Positions 1 to 7,686 of a stretch of DNA of 17,699 nucleotides are shown piece by piece. A program made the translations under genes and the position numbers. The notes beneath the pieces were generated by a model. The model had not been told where the DNA came from, searched no databases, and worked only from the letters and a program-made list of their open reading frames with translations. Positions within the stretch are counted from its first letter, which is position 1. Every line of letters starts with the position of its first letter. Source of the DNA: Thermoanaerobaculia bacterium (GTDB lineage: Bacteria; Acidobacteriota; Thermoanaerobaculia; Multivoradales; UBA5704); NCBI GenBank assembly GCA_044226625.1, contig JBGAGQ010000094.1:1-17699 (forward strand), in the 5' to 3' direction.

Positions 1-129
1 AGGCCACCCGTGCGGCGCTTCGCGATCAGACGCCGCTTCTGCCTCATCAACTCCTTAGCTGACCGCCCATCAAACCCCGCTGAGTGCGCACTTTGCCCTG
101 CGGCCAAATGCTGCAAGACGGGGCAGGGC

Positions 130-288
130 GAGGACGTACTGTACACCAACGCCCTCGGCCACGAACGGATCGCCGCGGGTTTCGCCCACGCGTTGGGGTT
201 ACCGGAAACCGATGGTTCCTGGGGAGACCCGCTGCCTGAGCGCCCGGCGCCGGGCCTCGGCCGCCTACTGCCGCTAAGGGCTAGCTAA
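130..288 (+). pseudogene. Probable remnant of an SGNH/GDSL hydrolase C-terminus
   Basis: EDVLYTNALGHERIAAGFAHALGLPETDGSWGDPLP resembles SGNH block V (D-x-x-H-x-N-x-x-G-H-x-x-I-A), but the catalytic His position is Tyr. The upstream in-frame sequence does not look like the rest of the domain. Family recognised from memory. Confidence 0.4.
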
Positions 289-374
289 TCCTTCCTCGTT
301 TCTTACAGGGCTCCAGGGCCTGCGGCCTAATCCCGGCGCGCTCTTCTCGGGCGTGGTCCCGGCATCTTGCCCGG

Positions 375-402
375 TTGACAAATAGTCGAATGGCTATACG
401 CT
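375..402 (+). promoter_or_regulatory. Sigma70-type promoter for the DUF5666-like gene
   Basis: Perfect TTGACA (375-380), 16-nt spacer, TACGCT (397-402, TAnnnT), in a locally AT-rich patch about 90 nt before ATG 493. Confidence 0.6.
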
Positions 403-492
403 CACGCCTCGTTCGCCGTGTCGCATCCCTTTGAGCGTGGCCGCAGCCGCCGGCCCTTTGATTTGGCTGTTTTGAAAGGAGAGCCCCAACTC

Positions 493-1986
493 ATGACCCG
501 GTCCCTCAGAATCCTCTCGGCCTCGGTCTTAGCATTCGTCCTCCTCTCGGCGCTTGCGCCGTCGCTCGCGGCAGCGGCTCCCGCGCGCGTCTCGGTCTCC
601 GGCGATCTGGTCGGCCTTTCGGCGGCGACCCGCACGATCTCGTTGAAGACCTCGACGGGCGCCCAGGTGATCCTGCGCGTGACCGACGGCACGTCGCTCA
701 AGCGGAATGGCGCGAGCGTCGCGCTCGGCGGCCTCGCCCTACGCGATCGGATCACGGCGCAGTACTTGTCGGCCTCGTCGGCGCTCGTGAGCTTGCGGGC
801 GCAAGGACCCGCGATCGCCACCGCCCGCGGCGCGCTCGTCGGGTTCGACATGACGTCCGGCCGGATCGACCTTAGGACGTCGAGCGGCGTTCGCTCGTTC
901 CTGCTCGGCTCGTCGACGCTGATCGTGCGCAACGGCACCGCCGCTTCGCCGCAGGACCTGACGCTTCGCGACACGCTAATCGTCCATGCGAAAGCGGGCG
1001 CGGCGAGCCCGGCAGTCGCGCTCGACGTGGCGGCCGACGGTCCGGACTCCGACGAGGTGGAGGGGACGATCTCGGCGATCGCCGACCCGGACGTCACGAT
1101 CACGCCCGCGCGCGGCGACGCGGTCGTGGTCCACGTAGTGGCCTCGACGATGATCGAGCTGCACGACCACGGCACCGAGACGGCGGGGACGCTCGCGGAC
1201 CTGGCCGTCGGCCAGCGCGCCGAATCGCACTACGACCCGGCGAGCCATAACGCCCTGCGAATCGACGCCCAGGCGGCGCAGGGGGGCGAGGCGCTGCAGA
1301 TCGCCGGCACGGTGACCGCCGTGGACGCGGGAGCGTCGAGCCTCACGATCACGCCGCGCGCCGGCACGGCGGCGACGCTCACGACCGACGCGAATACCCG
1401 GATCAGCTTGAACGAGGCCGCGGCGACGCTCGCGGACATCCCCGTGGGTGCCCGCGCGCACGCCCGCTACGACGGCTCGACCTTGGTCGCCTCCCGGATC
1501 GAGGCGGAGAGCGAGGACGAGCATCCGGAGCGCCAGATCGAGGGGCGGGTGACGGAGGTCTCGGCGACGGGGATCACTATCGCACCGGAACATGGCGCGC
1601 CGGTGGCCCTGACGGTCGGCGCGGCGACGGTGGTGCGGATCAACGGCCACGCGGCGGCCCTCGCCGACGTTCCGGTTGGTGCGCGCGCCCACGGCAAGTA
1701 CGACGGGACGACGCTCGTCGCCTCGCGGATCGACGCGGTCGTCGTTCCTTCGAACCCGCTTCGCGAGATCGAGGGCCGTGTGACGGCGGCCTCGGCGAAT
1801 TCGCTCACGATCGCGCCGCGGCACGGTTCCCCGGTGGTCCTCACGCTCGACGCCGCTACCGTGATCGTGCGTGACGGCCGCCCGGCGACCCCCGCCGACC
1901 TTCGGGTCGGCGACGAGGCCGAGGCGCGCTACGAAGCCTCGACCCTGCTCGCCAAGAGCGTTCGGGCTCACGGCGAAGACGACTGA
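493..1986 (+). CDS. Secreted protein with six tandem DUF5666-like (OB-fold-like) repeats
   Basis: ATG 493 follows the SD-like GAAAGGAGAG. Signal peptide MTRSLRILSASVLAFVLLSALAPSLAAA. Six ~75-aa units with pattern (I/V)xGxVxxV...lTI...T.I..nG..a.LADL.VG..a.a.Y. Confidence 0.8.
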   Translation: MTRSLRILSASVLAFVLLSALAPSLAAAAPARVSVSGDLVGLSAATRTISLKTSTGAQVILRVTDGTSLKRNGASVALGGLALRDRITAQYLSASSALVSLRAQGPAIATARGALVGFDMTSGRIDLRTSSGVRSFLLGSSTLIVRNGTAASPQDLTLRDTLIVHAKAGAASPAVALDVAADGPDSDEVEGTISAIADPDVTITPARGDAVVVHVVASTMIELHDHGTETAGTLADLAVGQRAESHYDPASHNALRIDAQAAQGGEALQIAGTVTAVDAGASSLTITPRAGTAATLTTDANTRISLNEAAATLADIPVGARAHARYDGSTLVASRIEAESEDEHPERQIEGRVTEVSATGITIAPEHGAPVALTVGAATVVRINGHAAALADVPVGARAHGKYDGTTLVASRIDAVVVPSNPLREIEGRVTAASANSLTIAPRHGSPVVLTLDAATVIVRDGRPATPADLRVGDEAEARYEASTLLAKSVRAHGEDD

Positions 1987-2007
1987 GCCGCGGGATTCTC
2001 GCGCGGT

Positions 2008-2038
2008 CGACGGCGGTCCCTTTCGTGGGCCGCCGTCG
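2008..2038 (+). terminator. GC-rich hairpin, possible terminator
   Basis: CGACGGCGGTCC / GGGCCGCCGTCG forms a 12-bp stem (one G-U) with a 7-nt loop, 21 nt after the stop codon. The U-tail is weak. Confidence 0.45.
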
Positions 2039-2139
2039 TCCGTATTCTCCAGAGGTTCGAAAGCCGCACGAGCCCGCGCGCCGGTCCGGACGCGTCCCGC
2101 TCCTCTCTCTTTCCTTCCCCCTCGAGTTGCCCGCCGAGG

Positions 2140-2168
2140 TTGCCCGACGTTCCGGGGGATGGTACCCT
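2140..2168 (+). promoter_or_regulatory. Putative sigma70 promoter with extended -10 for the TPR/phosphorylase operon
   Basis: TTGCCC (2140-2145), 17-nt spacer, TACCCT (2163-2168) preceded by TG-n (2160-2162). Confidence 0.45.
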
Positions 2169-2299
2169 GCCGCGGTTTCACCCGGGCGGTTCGCAGGCTC
2201 CCCCGAACGTTTCCATTCCGGGCGATGGGCGCGCGGAGCGCCATTCGCCGGTTTTCGGTCGGATCGATCGGATCCGATCTTCAACGAGGTTCGAGAGAC

Positions 2300-3052
2300 A
2301 TGAGCAGCACGCATCTGAGCCGCAAAGAGATCAAGCGCGACGAGGTGGCCGAGGTCGTCGGGCGTTCCGTCACCTATGCCCAGTCCCACGGCCGTACGAT
2401 CGGTTTGGCGGTCGGGGTCGCCGTGCTGGCCCTCGTGGTGCTCCTCGGTTTCTGGGGTTTCCGCGCGTCGCAGCGAGGCAAGGCGAGCGCTGCCCTGGGC
2501 GAGGCTCTGCGCGTCGCGGCGGCGCCGATTCAAACGACCGATGCCAAGCCCGACGATCCGGACGCGCCGAGCTTCCCGACGGCCGAGGCGCGGCGCGCCC
2601 GCGCGAAGAAGGCCTTCGAGAACGTTCGCGAGTCGTACCGTTTCTCGACCGCGGCGGACGTCGCCTCGGTTTACCTCGGCCAGATCGCCGCCGAGGAGGG
2701 CAAGCTCGACGAGGCTCGCAAGCTCTGGGAGGACTACCTCGACGATCACCCGAACGACCTGCTCGCGGGCAACGTCAAGCTGAACCTCATCGAGCTGGAC
2801 CGCCGCGCGGGGAAGACCGAGGCGATCGTCGCGTCGCTCGAAAAGATGCTGGATGCCTCGGAAGGGCCGCTGCCCAAGGATGCGATTCTGTTCGAGCTCG
2901 CCTCGGCCTATGAATCCGCCAAGCGCGATTCCGAGGCGAAGAAGGCGTACCAGCGAATCCTCGACGAGTATCCGCAGTCGGGATACCGCGCGCTCGCGCA
3001 GCAGAAGGTCGGCGGCGGAGCGGGCTCCCCGCTCGGCCTCTCGCCAGGCTGA
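2300..3052 (+). CDS. Membrane-anchored tetratricopeptide repeat protein (YfgM-like)
   Basis: N-terminal MSSTHLSRKEIKRDE, then one TM helix (IGLAVGVAVLALVVLLGFWGF), then TPR-like helices (YLGQIAAEEGKLDEARKLWEDYL..HP; FELASAYE...EAKKAYQRILDEYPQS). Start ATG 2300 preferred over the track start 1871. Confidence 0.8.
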   Translation: MSSTHLSRKEIKRDEVAEVVGRSVTYAQSHGRTIGLAVGVAVLALVVLLGFWGFRASQRGKASAALGEALRVAAAPIQTTDAKPDDPDAPSFPTAEARRARAKKAFENVRESYRFSTAADVASVYLGQIAAEEGKLDEARKLWEDYLDDHPNDLLAGNVKLNLIELDRRAGKTEAIVASLEKMLDASEGPLPKDAILFELASAYESAKRDSEAKKAYQRILDEYPQSGYRALAQQKVGGGAGSPLGLSPG

Positions 3053-3096
3053 TCCCGCACCCGCTCCGCTCAACCGACCGAGCTCGGCGCGCCGCG

Positions 3097-4395
3097 ATGA
3101 CCCTGCCGTACTCCCTGCTGCTGCGAAAGCGATCCGGCGAGGAGCTCTCCGCCGCCGAGATCGCCGAGGTCGTCCAGGGGGCGGTCGACGGCTCCTGGAG
3201 CGAGGGTCAGCTCGGCGCCTTCCTGATGGCGGTCGCCATTCGCGGTCTGTCCGACGAGGAGACTTCGGCGCTCACCCGCGCGATGCTCGAATCGGGGGAG
3301 CGCTGGCGGCTCGCCGACGAGGTACCGACGGTCTGCGACAAGCACTCGACCGGGGGCGTCGGGGACAAGATCTCGCTCACGCTGGGGCCCCTGCTCGCCG
3401 CCTGCGACCAGCCGATCGCGATGTTGGTGGGACGCGGACTGGGGCATACTGGCGGCACCGCCGACAAGCTCGAGAGCATCGCCGGCTTCTCCCTCGACCT
3501 CGATCGACGCCGGTGCCTCGACCTGCTCTCTCGGACCCGCCTTGCGATGGGGCTCGCGACCGCCGACGTCGCGCCCGCCGATCGGCGCTTTTACGCCCTC
3601 CGCGATACCACGGCGACGATCGATTCGATTCCCCTGATCGTCGCGAGCATCCTCTCCAAGAAGCTCGCCTCCGGGCCGGCTTCCGTGGTGTTCGACGTCA
3701 AGGTGGGGGAGGGCGCCTTCCTGCCCGAGATTTCGCGGGCGCGTGACCTCGCGGAAAGGCTCGCCGGCACGCTTTCGCGACTCGGCATTCCGTCGACCGC
3801 ATTTCTCACCGACATGAATCAGCCCCTCGGTCGATGGGCGGGCAACGCCGTCGAGGTGCAGGAGGCGATCGACTGCCTCGAAGGGGGCGGTCCCGCCGAC
3901 CTTCGCGAGGTGACGCTCGCTTTCGCGGCCGAGGCGGCGGCGCTCGTGGGCCGGCCCCTGGAGCGGGCGCGGCTCGAGCGCGCGCTCGACGACGGTTCGG
4001 CGCGCGAGACCTTCTTTCGCTGGGCCGAGCAGCAGGGCGCCGATCCGCGTTGGCTCGCCCAGCCTCGGTTCGAAATCGCTCCCTTCGAAACGCCTCTGCT
4101 ATCCGCGGGAGCCGGCTGGATCGGTCGCGTGCGAACGCGCGAGCTGGGCCTTCTGCTGGTCGAGGCGGGCGGCGGACGCGCCCGCGCTTCGGATCCGATC
4201 GATCATGGCGTCGCGCTCCATGTACGCGCCCGCCTGGGCGACCGCGTGGAGCCGGGCGACGAGCTCGCGCGGGTCTACCTGCGCTCGGACGACCCCCGTC
4301 TCGCCGCGCGTTTTGCAGCCTGCTTCGAGATCGTGGCCGAGCCCGTGGCCGCGCCCCCTCTGATCGCCGAGAGGATCGCCACGATCGGCGAGTGA
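3097..4395 (+). CDS. deoA: Thymidine / pyrimidine-nucleoside phosphorylase
   Basis: Family motifs DKHSTGGVGDK, GRGLGHTGGTADKLES, FYALRD, SILSKKLA, DVKVGEGAF, TDMNQPLG, GNAVEV. The 432-aa length is typical. deoA versus pdp cannot be resolved from sequence reading. Confidence 0.93.
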   Translation: MTLPYSLLLRKRSGEELSAAEIAEVVQGAVDGSWSEGQLGAFLMAVAIRGLSDEETSALTRAMLESGERWRLADEVPTVCDKHSTGGVGDKISLTLGPLLAACDQPIAMLVGRGLGHTGGTADKLESIAGFSLDLDRRRCLDLLSRTRLAMGLATADVAPADRRFYALRDTTATIDSIPLIVASILSKKLASGPASVVFDVKVGEGAFLPEISRARDLAERLAGTLSRLGIPSTAFLTDMNQPLGRWAGNAVEVQEAIDCLEGGGPADLREVTLAFAAEAAALVGRPLERARLERALDDGSARETFFRWAEQQGADPRWLAQPRFEIAPFETPLLSAGAGWIGRVRTRELGLLLVEAGGGRARASDPIDHGVALHVRARLGDRVEPGDELARVYLRSDDPRLAARFAACFEIVAEPVAAPPLIAERIATIGE

Positions 4396-4400
4396 ACTGG

Positions 4401-4529
4401 CAGGCTGCTGGAAAACTCCCTCCATGTCGAAGAGTTCCCGAGGACGCCCCCGAGTCTGTCTGAGCGCAGCGAGTTACGAGGGGCGCTCACAGGGAATCTC
4501 CTGCGACGACGGAGTTTTTCAGTAGCCTG
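4401..4529. mobile_element. MITE-like non-autonomous element with 19-bp terminal inverted repeats
   Basis: CAGGCTGCTGGAAAACTCC (4401-4419) matches the reverse complement of 4511-4529 (CAGGCTACTGAAAAACTCC) at 17/19. Flanks are CTGG and CTAG. The interior is self-complementary and has no coding capacity. Confidence 0.7.
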
Positions 4530-4562
4530 CTAGAGGGAAGGGCGTCGGTTTCCGCGGGTCGG

Positions 4563-4862
4563 CTAGGGCGAAACGACGCTCTCCACCTTGAGCAGGTGGG
4601 CCCACTTCGCGCGGAGATTTTCCGGCAGTTCGAGATTCGGCAACAGAATCCGCACCTCGTCACGGTCCACCCAGGTCCAGATGTCCTCCCACTGGGCGTA
4701 ACGGAGCAGGTGCGAGACTACGTCGGCGCGCTCCTCCGGAGTACCTGCGAGCTGGGCGCGCGCTTCCGCTTCGGTGACCGTCCGCTCGGGGAAGAAATAC
4801 AGCGGATCGGAAGGCTCGTTCCTCGCCGAGGCTTGTGCGCGTGTTCGTCCGGTACCGGCCAT
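4563..4862 (-). CDS. 99-aa hypothetical protein resembling small partner/antitoxin-like proteins of AbiEii-type nucleotidyltransferases
   Basis: C-terminal part of track ORF 4563..5597, from ATG 4862. Protein-like helical sequence LYFF...TEAEARAQL...EERADVVSHLLRYAQWEDIWTWV...LRAKWAHLL. It has its own promoter upstream. The family resemblance is from memory. Confidence 0.65.
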   Translation of the reverse strand: MAGTGRTRAQASARNEPSDPLYFFPERTVTEAEARAQLAGTPEERADVVSHLLRYAQWEDIWTWVDRDEVRILLPNLELPENLRAKWAHLLKVESVVSP

Positions 4863-4871
4863 TCCGTGGTC

Positions 4872-4899
4872 AGTATAGCCGGAGCCTCGTAAGGCGCAA
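4872..4899 (-). promoter_or_regulatory. Promoter for the 99-aa ORF (near-leaderless)
   Basis: Minus strand: TTGCGC (4899-4894), 16-nt spacer, TATACT (4877-4872), only 9 nt before the ATG. Confidence 0.5.
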
Positions 4900-5008
4900 G
4901 CCGTTCGTGACCGATCGATGGGGTTCGCGCCCCCGGTGGAGGCGGACCGGGGCCGATGGGCCTGGGGTGGGCGGCACGCCCGGCTCGGTGCTCCCGAAGG
5001 GGCGCCCC

Positions 5009-5038
5009 TTGACCCCAAGCGTTTGGGTCGTCTACATT
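5009..5038 (+). promoter_or_regulatory. Sigma70 promoter for tRNA-Gly
   Basis: TTGACC (5009-5014), 18-nt spacer, TACATT (5033-5038), GC-rich sequence downstream, 24 nt before the tRNA. Confidence 0.55.
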
Positions 5039-5062
5039 TTCCGCCGTTCGAGGCCAGCTCGA

Positions 5063-5138
5063 GCGGGCATAACTCAGTTGGTAGAGTGCAAGCTTCCCAA
5101 GCTTGATGTCGCGGGTTCGAGTCCCGTTGCCCGCTCCA
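5063..5138 (+). tRNA. tRNA-Gly (anticodon CCC)
   Basis: 76 nt. Acceptor stem GCGGGCA/TGCCCGC, D-arm ACTCAGTTGGTAGAGT, anticodon arm CAAGC-TTCCCAA-GCTTG, T-loop GGTTCGAGTCC, discriminator U, encoded CCA. Confidence 0.97.
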
Positions 5139-5168
5139 ATCTCTCTCCCCGCGGGGAAACGACTCGCC

Positions 5169-5663
5169 ATGGCGCTCTTCCGACGTGAATCCGCTCCTTC
5201 GGTCCCCGCCACGACGCCGGGACAGCCTTCGAGGGAGCCCGGAGGAGCCACGCGTATCTCCTCGGGAGCGAAGTTCGAGGGCAAAATCTCCGGTGCCGCG
5301 GATCTGGACGTCGACGGCGAATTGGTCGGCGAGATCGCGGTGCCCTCCGTCGTCTCGGTCGGTCCCGAGGGACGCGTGAGCGGACCGATCCACGCGCGAA
5401 TCGTGCGCGTGGCCGGCCGGGTGAGCGGCGACCTGCGCGGCTCGGAGCGGGTGGAGATCGCCGCGACCGCACATCTCGAGGGAGACATCTCCGCGCCGCG
5501 GGTCACGATCGCCGAGGGCGCGTATTTCAAAGGGCGGGTGGAGATGAAGCCGGCTCCCGGCGGCGAAGCGGCTGCGGGAGCGGGCGAGAACCCGCAAGGC
5601 TCAACGACCCGGGCGCGCGAAGGGCGCGCCCAAGAGCCCCAGAAGGGGCCGAGGAACGGATAG
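5169..5663 (+). CDS. Bactofilin (polymer-forming cytoskeletal protein, CcmA family)
   Basis: Beta-helix pattern TRISSGAKFEGKI...LDVDGELVGEI...VGPEGRVSGPIHAR...VAGRVSGDL...VEIAATAHLEGDISAPRVTIAEGAYFKGRVEM, with low-complexity tails. Start ATG 5169, because the track start lies inside the tRNA. Confidence 0.9.
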   Translation: MALFRRESAPSVPATTPGQPSREPGGATRISSGAKFEGKISGAADLDVDGELVGEIAVPSVVSVGPEGRVSGPIHARIVRVAGRVSGDLRGSERVEIAATAHLEGDISAPRVTIAEGAYFKGRVEMKPAPGGEAAAGAGENPQGSTTRAREGRAQEPQKGPRNG

Positions 5664-6776
5664 ATGCGCATCGGAATACCGAAGGAGATCAAGGATCACG
5701 AGTACCGTGTCGGCATGATCCCGGCCGGAGTGGCCGCCCTGGTCGCGGCGGGCCACGAGGTCGTGGTGCAGGCCGAGGCCGGTACCGGCAGCGGATTTTC
5801 CGATTCGCAGTTCGTCGAGGCGGGGGCTCGCATCGAGGCGGACGTCGATCGACTTTGGGCCGGGGCCGAGATGATCATCAAGGTCAAGGAGCCGGTGAAG
5901 CCCGAATACGAGCGGATGCAGCGCGGCCAGTTGCTGTTCACCTACCTCCACCTCGCGCCGCTGCCGGAGCTGACCGACGTGCTGGTCCAGCGCGAGGTCG
6001 CGGGTGTCGCCTACGAAACGATCACCGATTCCGAAGGGCGGCTGCCGCTGCTGACGCCGATGTCGGAAGTGGCCGGCCGCATGTCGGTGGTGGTCGGGGC
6101 GAGCTACCTGCAGAAGACCCACGGCGGACGAGGCACCCTGCTCGCCGGCATCCCCGGCGTTCCGCCGGGCGACGTAGTGATCATCGGCGGCGGCATCGTC
6201 GGGATCAACGCGCTCAAGATGGCGATGGGGCTCGGGGCGAGCGTCACCGTGCTCGAGACCAACCTCGACCGCATGCGTTACATCGACGACATGTTCCACG
6301 GCCAGGTGATCACGCTCGCGAGCAACGGCCACAACCTGCTCGCGGCGTTGAAGCGGGCGGACCTCCTGATCGGCGCGGTGCTGATTCCGGGGCGCGCGGC
6401 GCCGAAGCTGGTGACCCGGGCGATGATCGGCCAGATGAAGCCCGGCTCGGTCGTGGTCGACGTCGCGGTCGACCAGGGCGGGTGCTTCGAGACCACGCGG
6501 CCCACGACCCACTCCGATCCGGTCTATACCGTGGACGGCGTGGTCCACTATTGCGTCGCCAACATGCCCGGCGCGGTGCCGCGTACCTCCACGTTCGGTC
6601 TCACGAACGCGACGCTGCCGTACGCGCTCGCGCTCGCCAACAAGGGTTTGAAGCTGGCGGCCCTGGACGATCCGGGCCTGCTCGAAGGGATCAACACTTT
6701 GAAGGGGCACGTGACCTCGAAGCCGGTCGCGGATTCGCTCGGCCGGCCGTATCGCGAGGCACGCGAGCTGCTCTGA
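5664..6776 (+). CDS. ald: Alanine dehydrogenase
   Basis: [76 protein letters not shown]. 370 aa. Confidence 0.97.
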   Translation: MRIGIPKEIKDHEYRVGMIPAGVAALVAAGHEVVVQAEAGTGSGFSDSQFVEAGARIEADVDRLWAGAEMIIKVKEPVKPEYERMQRGQLLFTYLHLAPLPELTDVLVQREVAGVAYETITDSEGRLPLLTPMSEVAGRMSVVVGASYLQKTHGGRGTLLAGIPGVPPGDVVIIGGGIVGINALKMAMGLGASVTVLETNLDRMRYIDDMFHGQVITLASNGHNLLAALKRADLLIGAVLIPGRAAPKLVTRAMIGQMKPGSVVVDVAVDQGGCFETTRPTTHSDPVYTVDGVVHYCVANMPGAVPRTSTFGLTNATLPYALALANKGLKLAALDDPGLLEGINTLKGHVTSKPVADSLGRPYREARELL

Positions 6777-6954
6777 TCCGACGGGCGCGGTCAGGGCGCC
6801 CGCCCTTCTTCGACGATCCAAATTCCGCCGCGGGGGACCGTCCTCCGCGGCGGTCGTGTCTCGTGGTCCCAACGACTCATCCAAATTTGCGCATCGCGGC
6901 GTAGAGGAGAGGGAACCCGCCGCTCGACCTCTTCCGGCGGGGGAGGCTCCAGCG

Positions 6955-7647
6955 ATGCGGCGCGAGATCTTCGTCACCGGCGGCACCGGCTACCTCGGTA
7001 CCCGTCTCATTCCCGAGTTGATCGCGCGCGGCCACCGGGTGCGCGCTCTGGTTCGTCCACGCTCGGTTCGCAAGCTGCCGGCCGGTGCGGAGGCGGTCGT
7101 GGGCGACGCCCTCGACGCCTCCTCCTTCGCCGATCGCGTGACCCCGGCCGATACCCTCGTCCATTTGGTGGGCGTGTCGCATCCGGCGCCCTGGAAGGCG
7201 GCGGAGTTCCGCCGCGTAGACCTGGCCTCCGCGCTCGCCACGGCCGACGCCGCGGTGCAGGCCCGTGGCGCGGGGCTGTCCCACCTGGTCTATCTGAGCG
7301 TCGCGCATCCGGCGCCGGTCATGCGCGCCTACTGGTCCGTTCGCGCCGAGTGCGAGCGCCGGCTCGCCGCGACTGGCCTCGGGTGTACGTTCGTCCGTCC
7401 CTGGTATGTCCTCGGTCCCGGGCACCGCTGGCCCTATGCCTTGATCCCGTTTTACGCCGTGGCCGAGAGAATTCCGGTGGTGGCAGCGAGCGCCCGACGC
7501 CTGGGGCTCTCGACGCTCCGCCAGACGCTCGACACGCTGGTTTGGGCGATCGAGCACCCGACCGATTCCCGTCGCGCGATCGGGGTCGAAGAGATCAAGG
7601 CCGGGCGTCCCGCCATCGCGCCGGATGGGGGCGAAGTTCTCGCCTGA
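6955..7647 (+). CDS. NAD(P)-binding Rossmann protein (NAD-dependent epimerase/dehydratase, atypical SDR)
   Basis: IFVTGGTGYLG, GHRVRALVR, GDALD, VHLVG, FVRPWYVLGPG. ATG 6955 is preceded by GGGGAGG. Confidence 0.85.
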   Translation: MRREIFVTGGTGYLGTRLIPELIARGHRVRALVRPRSVRKLPAGAEAVVGDALDASSFADRVTPADTLVHLVGVSHPAPWKAAEFRRVDLASALATADAAVQARGAGLSHLVYLSVAHPAPVMRAYWSVRAECERRLAATGLGCTFVRPWYVLGPGHRWPYALIPFYAVAERIPVVAASARRLGLSTLRQTLDTLVWAIEHPTDSRRAIGVEEIKAGRPAIAPDGGEVLA

Positions 7648-7650
7648 CCG

Positions 7651-7673
7651 GGCCGAGCTCTGGAGGCTCGGCC
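7651..7673. terminator. Hairpin between convergent genes
   Basis: GGCCGAGC / GCTCGGCC forms a perfect 8-bp stem in the 39-nt gap between convergent stops. No U-tract. Confidence 0.4.
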
Positions 7674-7686
7674 GTCCGCGCCGCGG

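Noticed and set aside
1297-1970. Repeated DNA as a CRISPR array or non-coding tandem repeat
   Set aside because: The repeats are in-frame protein domain duplications that diverge mostly at synonymous sites. There is no repeat-spacer pattern and no cas gene.
5011-5029. Imperfect palindrome GACCC-c-AA-gcg-TT-t-GGGTC within the tRNA promoter as an operator
   Set aside because: It is short and single-copy, and I recognise no matching regulator consensus. Chance cannot be excluded.
5063-5168. tRNA-Gly as an integration site for a genomic island
   Set aside because: I saw no integrase and no duplicated tRNA 3' end in the window, and housekeeping genes follow immediately.
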